In this document: piece after piece, positions 46,313 to 54,637 of the stretch | How the letters are laid out: each line of letters opens with the position of its first letter | How positions within the stretch are numbered: the first letter of the stretch is position 1 | Notes under the pieces: generated by a model | Database searches by the model: none | What the model saw: only the letters and a program-made list of their open reading frames with translations | What the model was told of the DNA's origin: nothing | Translations under genes and position numbers: made by a program | Assembly (NCBI GenBank): GCA_900313705.1 | Contig: OMSJ01000001.1 | Coordinates: 15,115-79,114, forward strand | Reading direction: 5' to 3' | Length of the DNA stretch: 64,000 bases | From: an uncultured Prevotellaceae bacterium | GTDB lineage: Bacteria; Bacteroidota; Bacteroidia; Bacteroidales; Bacteroidaceae

Positions 46313-47491
46313 ATGAATAAGAAGTTAATCCCCGTCATGCTATGCTTCTTCGCCATGGGCTTCGTCGATATGGTAGGCATAGCAAGCAACTATGTAAAAG
46401 AGGACTTGAACCTCACCGACTCGATGGCCAACACGCTGCCATCGCTTGTGTTCCTCTGGTTCCTCATCTTCAGCATTCCCACGAGTCTGCTGATGAACAA
46501 GATAGGCCGCAAGAATACCGTCCTGCTGAGCCTTGTTATGACCCTTGTGGCAATGGCGATTCCGGTATTCACCCTCGATTTCACCATGCTGCTGCTCTCC
46601 TTCTCCCTTTTGGGAATAGGCAACGCCATCCTTCAGACCTCGCTCAACCCGTTGGTTGATAGCGTGATGAAAGGCGGAGCATCAGCCAGCACCCTGACCT
46701 TTGGGCAGTTCATCAAGAGCATCGCCTCGTTCCTGGCTCCCATCATTGCCTCTTGGGGAGCTACGACGAATGCTTTCGGCTTGGGTTGGCAGGCACTCTA
46801 TCCTATATATTTATGTGTAGGAGTTGTGGCAACGCTGCTGCTCTTCGGAACGAAGATAACAGACCCCTCTAAATCTCCCCTTAAAGGGGAGACTTCCTGC
46901 GCAGGCTCCTCCCCTTTAAGGGGAGGTTGGGTAGGGTCTTTTGCCTTGCTGGGCAATCCCTTCATCCTGCTTTGCTTCCTCGCCATCATCTGCCATGTAG
47001 GCATTGATGTCGGCACCAGCATCACAGCCCCGAAGATCCTGATGGAGCGCACCGGCATGAGCCTCAACGATGCCGCCTTCGTCTGCACCATCTACTTTGT
47101 GGCCAAGGCTGCAGGCAGCTTCAGCGGTAGCTTCATCATGGGTTTCCTCAAGGACTGGACCTTCCTACTCCTGAGTGTCCTGTTGATGGTGGCAGCCGCC
47201 TTCGGCCTCATCTACGGAGAGAGCACCGCCGTCATCTATGCCAGCGTTGCCTTGATGGGCTTCGGCAATGGCAATCCCTTCAGCATCATCTTTGCCCGTG
47301 CCATGCAAGCCGTACCGGAGAAGAAGAACGAAGTCAGCGGCCTGCTCATCATGGGCATCTTCGGCGGCACCATCTTCCCGCTTCTGATGGGCTTTGCCAG
47401 CGATGCGATGGGACAGGTGGGTGCCGTCCTCGTCATGAGTGTCGGCATTCTCTACCTGCTTGGCTTCTGGCTACAAGGCAGGAAAGCATAG
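46313..47491 (+). CDS. MFS sugar transporter (glucose/galactose or fucose permease-like)
   Basis: 392 aa and about 12 TM helices. The central loop carries an in-frame 79-bp palindromic element (DPSKSPLKGETSCAGSSPLRGGWVGS). Confidence 0.85.
   Translation: MNKKLIPVMLCFFAMGFVDMVGIASNYVKEDLNLTDSMANTLPSLVFLWFLIFSIPTSLLMNKIGRKNTVLLSLVMTLVAMAIPVFTLDFTMLLLSFSLLGIGNAILQTSLNPLVDSVMKGGASASTLTFGQFIKSIASFLAPIIASWGATTNAFGLGWQALYPIYLCVGVVATLLLFGTKITDPSKSPLKGETSCAGSSPLRGGWVGSFALLGNPFILLCFLAIICHVGIDVGTSITAPKILMERTGMSLNDAAFVCTIYFVAKAAGSFSGSFIMGFLKDWTFLLLSVLLMVAAAFGLIYGESTAVIYASVALMGFGNGNPFSIIFARAMQAVPEKKNEVSGLLIMGIFGGTIFPLLMGFASDAMGQVGAVLVMSVGILYLLGFWLQGRKA
46861..46939. repeat. AGACCC...GGGTCT element, copy 4 (79 bp)
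   Basis: AGACCCCTCTAAATCTCCCCTTAAAGGGGAGACT...CTCCTCCCCTTTAAGGGGAGGTTGGGTAGGGTCT, inside the MFS ORF. Confidence 0.85.
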
Positions 47492-47527
47492 CCGTCAAGC
47501 TCCAGAGCAACGCGCTATCTGGTTATA

Positions 47528-47561
47528 AGGAAAGGGGCAGCCTCACGGTTGCCCCTTTCCT
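47528..47561. terminator. Hairpin between convergent MFS and anti-sigma-like genes
   Basis: AGGAAAGGGGCA (47528-47539) pairs with TGCCCCTTTCCT (47550-47561) around a 10-nt loop. Confidence 0.55.
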
Positions 47562-47650
47562 GTCGTTAGTCATGGTTTTTTAGAGAAAACTTCCGCTTCT
47601 CTGTACAATTGATTGTTTTATTAAGCAATTATCCTAAGAACATGAAATGA

Positions 47651-48163
47651 TTATCTCGTCAATGTGTTGAGCGTATCCTTTACGGGCTTGGCAAGCTCGG
47701 CAGATTGTTGTTCGGGCTTGGAAGCAATGGAGTCGTTGCCCATGGACCATTGAGCATCGACCACGACTTCTCCCTTCTTCGCAGCGGGACTGGGGTCGTC
47801 GGTGAAGCTTTGCTGTGCTGCATTGCCGATGGTAAGAAGGATGGCGATGAGTCCTGCTGCCCTGTAGAAAGGACGAAGGCGACGCACAAAGGTTAGGCGG
47901 CGAGCCTTGCAAATGTTCCCTTCCTGCCTTCCTCCGTTGTGGGAAGTGTCTTCCCCAACCATCTGAAGCATCTTGTCGGCAAAGTCTTTGCTCAAGTGCT
48001 CGCTTGCCATCTCGTCTTGCTCTTTGAAGAACTGACGATAGGGAAGCAGACTGGCCGGTACATCTTCCTGACGGAAGAAATTGCGCAGGATAGTCTCCTC
48101 TTCAAGCGTCGTCTGGCACTCCCAGTAGCGCTCAAGCAGTTGCTCTATGTATTTATAGTCCAT
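47651..48163 (-). CDS. Single-pass membrane protein, putative anti-sigma factor partner
   Basis: 170 aa and one TM helix (AAGLIAILLTIGNAA). Sits directly downstream of an ECF sigma gene. No motif I can name. Confidence 0.45.
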   Translation of the reverse strand: MDYKYIEQLLERYWECQTTLEEETILRNFFRQEDVPASLLPYRQFFKEQDEMASEHLSKDFADKMLQMVGEDTSHNGGRQEGNICKARRLTFVRRLRPFYRAAGLIAILLTIGNAAQQSFTDDPSPAAKKGEVVVDAQWSMGNDSIASKPEQQSAELAKPVKDTLNTLTR

Positions 48164-48173
48164 TGTCTTACCA

Positions 48174-48297
48174 AATTAAGAATTAAGAGATAGGAATTAA
48201 GAATTTGCTATTGTTCAAAGATCTTTAATCTTTAATCCTTAATCTTTAATCCTTAATCTTTAATCCTTAATCTTTAATCTTTAATCTTTATTCCCTC
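48174..48297. repeat. AATTAAG / TAATCTT-TAATCCT heptamer arrays
   Basis: 48221-48297 is about 11 tandem heptamers of the same family as 33910-33950. A short AATTAAG array lies at 48174-48205. Confidence 0.85.
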
Positions 48298-48771
48298 TTT
48301 TATCTTCGTCCTGGCCCTGTGGAGATAGACCTTGACTTGTGTCTCGCTGATGTCGAGGGTCTGTGCTATCTCCTGATAGGTCTTGCCTTCGATGTCGCGC
48401 AGCAGCATGATGGTGCGTTGCAGTTCCGGCAAGCTATCCATGAGGCGGCGCACGAGAGAGAGTTGTTCGCGGGCTTCCATCGAAGACTGCACGTTGGGCA
48501 TTGCGGAATGCACATCGTCAACCTCGTCGAGGGACTTGGTGTTGCGGCCCGCCCGTTTCAGCACATCGAGCGCTCTGTTCCTGCAAATGGCGATTGCGAA
48601 GGCTTCGAGGCTGTTTATCTGCTCCCACTGGCTGCGCTGCTCCCACACTTTCAGGAGTGTGTCCTGCACCACATCTTCGGCCTCTGCCCTGTTCATCGTG
48701 ATGCGCAGAGCAAGGCGGAAGAGCCTGTCGCTCAGCGGCAAAACGGTGGTTCGGAAGCTGATGTTTTCCAT
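48274..48771 (-). CDS. ECF-subfamily RNA polymerase sigma-70 factor
   Basis: Region 2 (AEDVVQDTLLKVW) and region 4 (TYQEIAQTLDISETQVKVYLHRAR). Start set to MENISF (48771). The last 7 codons and the stop lie in the TAATCTT heptamer array. Confidence 0.9.
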   Translation of the reverse strand: MENISFRTTVLPLSDRLFRLALRITMNRAEAEDVVQDTLLKVWEQRSQWEQINSLEAFAIAICRNRALDVLKRAGRNTKSLDEVDDVHSAMPNVQSSMEAREQLSLVRRLMDSLPELQRTIMLLRDIEGKTYQEIAQTLDISETQVKVYLHRARTKIKEGIKIKD

Positions 48772-48815
48772 CTCTCTACTTATGAAGACGATTGAAGAGG
48801 GCAAAAGTTACACAT

Positions 48816-48927
48816 GAAAAGGGAAAAAGTTGAAAAGGTAAAAAATTGAAAAGGGGTTACGACATAAGATGATACAAGTTCTCCTCCTTTTTTTACCTTT
48901 TCAATTTTTTACCTTTTCACCTTTTAT
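48816..48927. repeat. Hairpin with 23-bp perfect stem of GAAAAGG-type repeats
   Basis: GAAAAGGTAAAAAATTGAAAAGG (48832-48854) pairs perfectly with 48896-48918. The right arm encodes the argB C-terminus. Confidence 0.9.
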
Positions 48928-49719
48928 CGTTGTTCCCTTCGTGCCGTCGATGTTCTCGGAATGTGTGATGATGACCTGCTTTACGCCCTGATGGATGGCG
49001 CTGAAGGCGTTCTCTATCTTCGGTATCATGCCGCCCGAAATGATGCCGTCTTCTATCAAAACCGCTGCCTGCTCTTCGGTGATGAGCGGGATGACGCTGC
49101 TGTCATCGTCGGCATCGCGGAGCACACCGGCCTTCTCGAAGCAGAAGGTCAGCGTGACATCGTAGTGCCCGGCCAACGCACAGGCCACCGACGAAGCGAT
49201 GGTGTCGGCATTGGTGTTGAGGATGTGCCCCTCGCCGTCATGCGTGAGCGGAGCCACTACGGGCACGTTTCCGCTTTCGATAAGCGAGGCGAGCAAGCGG
49301 GCATCGACTTTATCGACATCGCCCACAAAGCCGAAATCGACCATTTGCTCCGTGCCGTCGTCCATCTTGACGCGCTTCAGCGGACGCCGGTGACTGCGGA
49401 TGACATCGCCGTCGGCACCAGTCAGGCCGATGGCCTTGACGCCCTTTGCCTGCAGGCCAGCCACGATGTTTTTGTTCACCAGACCGCCATAGACCATCGT
49501 CACCACGCGGAGCATCTCCTCGTCCGTAATGCGACGACCGCCCACCATGCGGCTCTCTATGCCAAGACGCGTAGCCATCGACGTTGCCAGTCGCCCGCCG
49601 CCATGCACCAGCACCTTGCGGCCTTCCATCCGCGCAAACTGGCTCAGCAGCGAGGCAAGCGAGGCGGCATTCTCAACTACGCCGCCTCCTACCTTTATTA
49701 TATTAAGCTTTTCTTTCAT
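48901..49719 (-). CDS. argB: Acetylglutamate kinase
   Basis: AAK family: IIKVGGG, VLVHGGG, GFVGDV. Start set to MKEKLNIIKVGGG (49719). The C-terminal KGEKVKN and the stop are encoded by a repeat arm. Confidence 0.9.
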   Translation of the reverse strand: MKEKLNIIKVGGGVVENAASLASLLSQFARMEGRKVLVHGGGRLATSMATRLGIESRMVGGRRITDEEMLRVVTMVYGGLVNKNIVAGLQAKGVKAIGLTGADGDVIRSHRRPLKRVKMDDGTEQMVDFGFVGDVDKVDARLLASLIESGNVPVVAPLTHDGEGHILNTNADTIASSVACALAGHYDVTLTFCFEKAGVLRDADDDSSVIPLITEEQAAVLIEDGIISGGMIPKIENAFSAIHQGVKQVIITHSENIDGTKGTTIKGEKVKN

Positions 49720-49760
49720 CCTTATAACTTTATAATGTCCGACTTCACATGTCAACTTCG

Positions 49761-49826
49761 TTGCACCGTCGCGACAATTCAATTGCATCGTCGCGACGAT
49801 GCAATTGCAGCATCGCGACGCTGCAA
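49761..49826. repeat. Three abutting 22-bp dyads TTGCAnCG-TCGCGA-CGnTGCAA
   Basis: TCGCGA cores at 49769, 49791 and 49813. The middle unit is part of a perfect 24-bp palindrome, ATTGCATCGTCGCGACGATGCAAT (49782-49805). Sits between the rsgA stop and the argB start. Confidence 0.9.
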
Positions 49827-49839
49827 CGGATGTCTGCTG

Positions 49840-50802
49840 TCAGAAGGCCGCACGATACTTGCCTTCATCCTTGTCGTCGAGCATCGAGAGATAGCTCATA
49901 TAGCGGCTCTCGGCAATGCTCCCTTCGGCTACGGCCTGCAAGACGGCGCAGCCCGGTTCGTGGGTATGCGTGCAGTTGCCGAAGCGACAGCCGTCGGAGG
50001 TGCGGAAGATCTCGCGGAAGTAGTGGGACACCTCCTCGCGCTCCATGTCAAAAGTGCCGAAGCCTTTGATGCCCGGCGTGTCGATGAGCGCCCCGCCTTC
50101 CGGCAGGAAGAACATCTGCGAGAAAGTCGTGGTGTGCATCCCTGAGTCGTGTACCGCGCTGATTTCTGCGGTCTTGGCATCGGCATCGGGCACGAGCAGG
50201 TTGAGCAACGTGCTCTTCCCCACCCCGCTGTTGCCGCTGAGAAGGGTCGTCCGGCCTTGAAGTTCCTTTCGAAGTTCTTCGATGCCCGTCCTTTCCTCTG
50301 CAGAGCAAGTCAGGCAGGAATAGCCGATGCCACGATACAGGGCAACGATTTCCTCGAGTTGCTTCTGCTCCGCTTCATCATAGAGATCCGTCTTGTTGAA
50401 GACAATCAAGACAGGTACACGATACGCCTCGGCGCTTGCCAGGAAGCGGTCGATGAAGGTGGTGCTCGTCTCGGGGTGGGCAATGGTGACAATCAGCGCA
50501 GCCATATCAACGTTGGCTGCGATGATGTGATCCTCGATGTCCTCTATCAGAGCAGTCGGACATTGAACATTGACCATTGACCATTGACCATTGACCGTTG
50601 GGGCGTTGGGGCTTTGCGAGGGGGGCTGGCCGTTGGGCATCGGTTGGGGTATGATGCTGACCACATCTCCTACGGCCACGGGGCTGGTGCTACGGATGCC
50701 TTTGAGGCGAAAGTTGCCTTTCACCTTGCATTCGTAGAGCCGGCCGTCGTCCGCCTGAACGGTGTACCAACTGCCGGTGTTCCTTATGACGAGACCCTTC
50801 AT
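49840..50802 (-). CDS. rsgA: Ribosome small-subunit-dependent GTPase A
   Basis: 320 aa. N-terminal OB fold [16 protein letters not shown]...VAVGD, circularly permuted GTPase motifs ([17 protein letters not shown]) and a C-terminal zinc knuckle [17 protein letters not shown] repeat-derived insertion lies after the OB fold. Confidence 0.88.
   Translation of the reverse strand: MKGLVIRNTGSWYTVQADDGRLYECKVKGNFRLKGIRSTSPVAVGDVVSIIPQPMPNGQPPSQSPNAPTVNGQWSMVNVQCPTALIEDIEDHIIAANVDMAALIVTIAHPETSTTFIDRFLASAEAYRVPVLIVFNKTDLYDEAEQKQLEEIVALYRGIGYSCLTCSAEERTGIEELRKELQGRTTLLSGNSGVGKSTLLNLLVPDADAKTAEISAVHDSGMHTTTFSQMFFLPEGGALIDTPGIKGFGTFDMEREEVSHYFREIFRTSDGCRFGNCTHTHEPGCAVLQAVAEGSIAESRYMSYLSMLDDKDEGKYRAAF
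50563..50597 (-). repeat. (TGGTCAA)x4 + TGTTCAA array inside rsgA
   Basis: The plus strand reads TTGAACA TTGACCA x3 TTGACCG, encoding [12 protein letters not shown]. Further GTTGGGG-type repeats follow up to about 50660. Confidence 0.9.
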
Positions 50803-50810
50803 GTAAATTA

Positions 50811-50918
50811 AGGTTTAAGAGGTTAGAGGTTAGAGGTTAGGGGTTAGAGGATACCTCTGGAAGCTGACATGCTGCCAAGACAATTCTCTAACCCCTAACC
50901 TCTTACCTCTTACCACTA
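50811..50918. repeat. Hairpin element with GGTTAGA heptamer arms, copy 2
   Basis: Left arm 50811-50850. The right arm at 50883-50918 is identical over 36 nt (ATTCTCTAACCCCTAACCTCTTACCTCTTACCACTA) to 5311-5346. A partial arm is also present at 58211-58230. Confidence 0.9.
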
Positions 50919-50926
50919 TCAGCCCA

Positions 50927-51487
50927 CTAAACTGTCATGATTTCCTTCTCCTTGGCAGCAAGCAGTTCTTCCACCTTCTTGATGTACTTGTCGTGCATCT
51001 TCTGCATGTCGCCCTCAGCATCCTTCTCCACGTCCTCGGAGAGACCGTCCTTGATGCTCTTCTTGAGCTTCTCGATGACGTCACGACGTGTGTTGCGGAT
51101 GCTCATCTTGGCCTGCTCGCCCTCCTTGCCGCACTGCTTCGCAAGCTGCTTACGACGCTCCTCCGTCAAAGGGGGAATGCCCAGGCGGATAATCTCGCCA
51201 TTGTTCTCGGGCGTGATGCCCACGTTGCTGTCCATGATGGCCTTCTCGATGGGACGGAACATGCTCTTGTCCCAAGGCTTGATGGTGATGGTGCGCGGGT
51301 CGGGAGCATTGACTGCTGCCACCTGGTTCAAGGGCACCAGACTACCGTAACTATCTACGCGAATACCATCCAGGATCTTCACGTTGGCCTTGCCTGCACG
51401 GATGTGGGCCAGAGTCTCCTCAAGATACATTACAGCTTCTTCCATTTTCTCCTCGGCCTTGCCAAGGGTTTCTTTTACATCAATCAT
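50927..51487 (-). CDS. frr: Ribosome recycling factor
   Basis: Start set to MIDVKETL (51487). Typical RRF sequence ([26 protein letters not shown]). Confidence 0.95.
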   Translation of the reverse strand: MIDVKETLGKAEEKMEEAVMYLEETLAHIRAGKANVKILDGIRVDSYGSLVPLNQVAAVNAPDPRTITIKPWDKSMFRPIEKAIMDSNVGITPENNGEIIRLGIPPLTEERRKQLAKQCGKEGEQAKMSIRNTRRDVIEKLKKSIKDGLSEDVEKDAEGDMQKMHDKYIKKVEELLAAKEKEIMTV

Positions 51488-51538
51488 ATTCTTTTGCGTT
51501 TTATGGTTTATAACTCGTCTTTTTACGTTATTCTTTAG

Positions 51539-51546
51539 CAAAAGTA
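51539..51546 (-). promoter_or_regulatory. -7 box TACTTTTG for frr
   Basis: Reverse complement of CAAAAGTA, about 52 nt upstream of the ATG at 51487. Confidence 0.55.
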
Positions 51547-51600
51547 GTGATTTTTTGTTAAAAACATAACGCCACACTCCATTATTTGTGCAAAAAGTGC

Positions 51601-51608
51601 TATATTTG
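51601..51608 (+). promoter_or_regulatory. -7 box TATATTTG for the VTC gene cluster
   Basis: TAnnTTTG match 23 nt upstream of the ATG at 51631. Divergent from the frr promoter. Confidence 0.6.
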
Positions 51609-51630
51609 TCGCGCAGAACATAAAAAAAGG

Positions 51631-52410
51631 ATGGATATTGATGCCCGCATAGACGATTTACTGACAAATCTGAAGCCTATCACGCTGGACGAGATGAAGG
51701 AGATTCGTCTGATGAACCGCACCGACACGAAATTCGTGACGAACAAGGAAACCCTGGCACGCCTGCTGGAGCTGGCGCAGGGCAAGTACTATGCGCAATT
51801 CCACAACGGCAGCAAGATAGCCAACTACATGACAACCTACTGGGACACCGACACCCACAAGTTCTACATGGAGCACCACAATGGTCGCGCACCACGGCAG
51901 AAAGTACGCGTCAGGACCTACATGGACAGCGACGACACCTTCCTCGAGATAAAGACAAAGAACAACCACGGACGGACGAAGAAGAAGCGCGTCGCAGTCC
52001 CCAGCCAGCAGATAACAGGCGAGAACGGCAACGAGGAGTTCCTGCAGGAGCGCGTCCACCTCAGCCTGGCAGACATACACCCCACCGTACGCAACCAGTT
52101 CCACCGCATCACACTCGTCAACTACGGCAAGACGGAACGCCTCACCATCGACTACGACGTACACTTCCATAACATGGAGACCGGCAGGGACGCCAACGTC
52201 GGGCCACTCGTCATCGTAGAGCTCAAACGCGACGGCAACGTCTTCAGCCCCGTGCTCGACATCCTCCGCAGGCTGCGCATCAAGCCAAGCGGATTCAGCA
52301 AGTACTGCATCGGCTCCGTCATGACAAACAAAAGCCTGAAGCAAAACAACTTCATGGAACGCATGGTCCTCTTTGACAAACTGGCAGGACAAAAACTACA
52401 AACCAACTAA
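51631..52410 (+). CDS. VTC-domain (polyphosphate polymerase-like, triphosphate-tunnel) protein
   Basis: 259 aa from [30 protein letters not shown] and VIVELKRD beta-strand motifs are typical of VTC/CYTH tunnel folds. TATATTTG -7 box 23 nt upstream. Confidence 0.8.
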   Translation: MDIDARIDDLLTNLKPITLDEMKEIRLMNRTDTKFVTNKETLARLLELAQGKYYAQFHNGSKIANYMTTYWDTDTHKFYMEHHNGRAPRQKVRVRTYMDSDDTFLEIKTKNNHGRTKKKRVAVPSQQITGENGNEEFLQERVHLSLADIHPTVRNQFHRITLVNYGKTERLTIDYDVHFHNMETGRDANVGPLVIVELKRDGNVFSPVLDILRRLRIKPSGFSKYCIGSVMTNKSLKQNNFMERMVLFDKLAGQKLQTN

Positions 52411-52441
52411 ACAACACACCAGAGAACAAAAAAACTTATAT

Positions 52442-53155
52442 ATGGATTTCATTAACAACCTAAACTACGAGCTGGGCAACCTGATCGGTTTGACGCTCTT
52501 CGACCCCCAGCACTCCATCTCACTGGTAATTCGCTTCGTCATCAACCTGATAGTAGTGAGCGTCATCGCCCGTTACCTTTACTATCCCCGCAGCCATCGC
52601 CGCGACTACATGTTCATCTTTATCCTGATGTCCATGAGCATCTTCCTGCTGGTCAGCCTGATGGAAGGCGACGGCATGAACCTCGGAGCAGCAATGGGCC
52701 TCTTTGCCATCTTCGGCATCATGCGCTTCCGGACGGAAGCTGTGCCCATTCGCGAAATGACATACCTCTTCATGCTCATTGCCGTAAGTGTCGTAAATGC
52801 CCTCGGTCGTGCTGAATACCACCCCAAGGCAGACTATTGGGACGGCTTCGGACTGGTGACCATCATATTCGTCAACCTAATCTTCCTGGGTATGGCATGG
52901 CTCTTCGAGAGCAGCAGACTGGTCAGCTCCAACTGTAGTAAGTACATCAAGTACGACAATATCGCCCTCATCGCTCCCGACAAGCGCGAAGAACTGAAGG
53001 CAGACCTCGAGAAGCGTACAGGACTGAAGATTGAGCGTCTGGAAATTGGCCTCGTCGATTTCCTCAAGGACGCCTGCCTCATCCGCATCTTCTACAACGA
53101 ACCGGCAGACCGCGGCAACAGCATAGAGGAAATGACTAAGATGCCACGCCTATAA
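52442..53155 (+). CDS. DUF4956 membrane protein
   Basis: 237 aa from MDFINNL with 3-4 TM helices. This is the usual genomic partner of bacterial VTC-domain proteins, as I recall the family. Confidence 0.7.
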   Translation: MDFINNLNYELGNLIGLTLFDPQHSISLVIRFVINLIVVSVIARYLYYPRSHRRDYMFIFILMSMSIFLLVSLMEGDGMNLGAAMGLFAIFGIMRFRTEAVPIREMTYLFMLIAVSVVNALGRAEYHPKADYWDGFGLVTIIFVNLIFLGMAWLFESSRLVSSNCSKYIKYDNIALIAPDKREELKADLEKRTGLKIERLEIGLVDFLKDACLIRIFYNEPADRGNSIEEMTKMPRL

Positions 53156-53159
53156 CAAC

Positions 53160-54101
53160 ATGAAACTGCGCCATTCCATACTTGCACTCCTGCTCTTTAC
53201 CCAGTGGTCAATGGTCAATAATCAATGGTCAATGATTCGGGCACAAGAGAACGACGAGGTCGGCATCTGGTCGGAGATAGGAGTAGAGAAGTCCATCACG
53301 AAGAAATGGAACGTGGGCCTGGACTTGGAGTATCGTGCCCAGAACAGGTCGCGCTTCTCCGCAGGACTCAGCACAAGCTACAAGCCGTGGAAATGGCTAA
53401 AGTTCGGCATCGGCTATAACTACCTCCACTCCTACCGCCCGGACAGGTACAAGGAGAAAAACACCAAAGAGGAAGATCCCGACAACTATTCCATCGGCTA
53501 CAACCTCACTCCCGAGTACTGGTTCCCCCGACATCGCTTCAGCGTAGAAGCGATTGGCAGCGTCAAACTCTGGGGATGGCTCAAGGTTTCACTCAGAGAG
53601 CGCTATCAGTTGACATACTGCAAAGAAAGAAACGTCGCCAAATACAAGTACCGTCAGGACTATACGACACAAATGGACCTGGTATATCCTCCAGGCAATC
53701 CCGACGACCCATGGGATCCCATCAACTGGGCTGACCCGACGCCCGTCTATACCTACGACGTCCCCGACGGAGAACCGACAGGAACATGGGAGACAGAAGT
53801 CAAACCATCCTCTACCGACCAGGTGCTGCGCTCGCGACTGAAACTTGAATTTGACAAGAAGCGCAACCCATTCTCGCCATTCATCTCGGCAGAGCTACAC
53901 AACAGCGTCAAGCCAGGCGACAAGATGCTTCTGCAGAAGATACGAACCGCTGCAGGCCTAAGCTATAAATTCCGCAAGCACCACGAGGTGACCTTTGCAT
54001 ACCTGCTGACCTTCGACATTCACGACGTCGAAGAAGATGTTGTGGTCAGCGTACACAACAGGATGCACGCCATCAACTTCGGATACAACTACAGCTTCTG
54101 A
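53160..54101 (+). CDS. DUF2490-like outer-membrane beta-barrel protein
   Basis: 313 aa with a signal peptide. Alternating amphipathic strands ending in an aromatic residue (NFGYNYSF). A TGGTCAA array sits next to the signal-peptide cleavage region. Confidence 0.55.
   Translation: MKLRHSILALLLFTQWSMVNNQWSMIRAQENDEVGIWSEIGVEKSITKKWNVGLDLEYRAQNRSRFSAGLSTSYKPWKWLKFGIGYNYLHSYRPDRYKEKNTKEEDPDNYSIGYNLTPEYWFPRHRFSVEAIGSVKLWGWLKVSLRERYQLTYCKERNVAKYKYRQDYTTQMDLVYPPGNPDDPWDPINWADPTPVYTYDVPDGEPTGTWETEVKPSSTDQVLRSRLKLEFDKKRNPFSPFISAELHNSVKPGDKMLLQKIRTAAGLSYKFRKHHEVTFAYLLTFDIHDVEEDVVVSVHNRMHAINFGYNYSF
53205..53232 (+). repeat. (TGGTCAA)x4 (one unit TAATCAA) array in the DUF2490-like ORF
   Basis: TGGTCAA TGGTCAA TAATCAA TGGTCAA, encoding WSMVNNQWSM just after the signal peptide. 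Confidence 0.9.
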
Positions 54102-54175
54102 TAGACCATCATTCAACCCGAACCAATAACAGCATAACTATATAGCAAATCACAAACCATTAAACAATACAAAAG

Positions 54176-54631
54176 ATGAAGACAAAGAACATTCTGGCAG
54201 CCCTGCTGCTCATGGCCAGCTCCACCGCTATGGCCGACAACTCCAAGTTCCTCACCATTACCTACAGCGGTACCGAACAGAACATCTCCCTGCCCATCGT
54301 GCAGAGAATCACCTTCGAGGAAGGCTATGTCGTTGTCACCACAACAGAAGGCAAGCACTCCTACCCCATCTCTGTCCTGGACAAGATGACCTTCACCGAA
54401 AAGGACGAAGCTACCGCCATCCAGGCACTGCCCGAACAGGCAGAGAACATCACCTGCAAGGACGGCACACTCGCCATCAAGGGCAACGGCATGTTGCGCA
54501 TCTACAACACAGCCGGCGCACTCGTCAGCATTGCCAACGTCAAGGAAGGTGCCAACATCAGCCTCGACAACCTGCCTGCCGGTGTCTATGTTGTGCGCAT
54601 GGGTGACAAGGCCATCAAGATAAGGAAATAA
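54176..54631 (+). CDS. Small secreted protein with T9SS C-terminal sorting domain
   Basis: 151 aa with a signal peptide. C-terminal LRIYNTAGALV...LPAGVYVVRMGDKAIKIRK. Confidence 0.6.
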   Translation: MKTKNILAALLLMASSTAMADNSKFLTITYSGTEQNISLPIVQRITFEEGYVVVTTTEGKHSYPISVLDKMTFTEKDEATAIQALPEQAENITCKDGTLAIKGNGMLRIYNTAGALVSIANVKEGANISLDNLPAGVYVVRMGDKAIKIRK

Positions 54632-54637
54632 CACACA

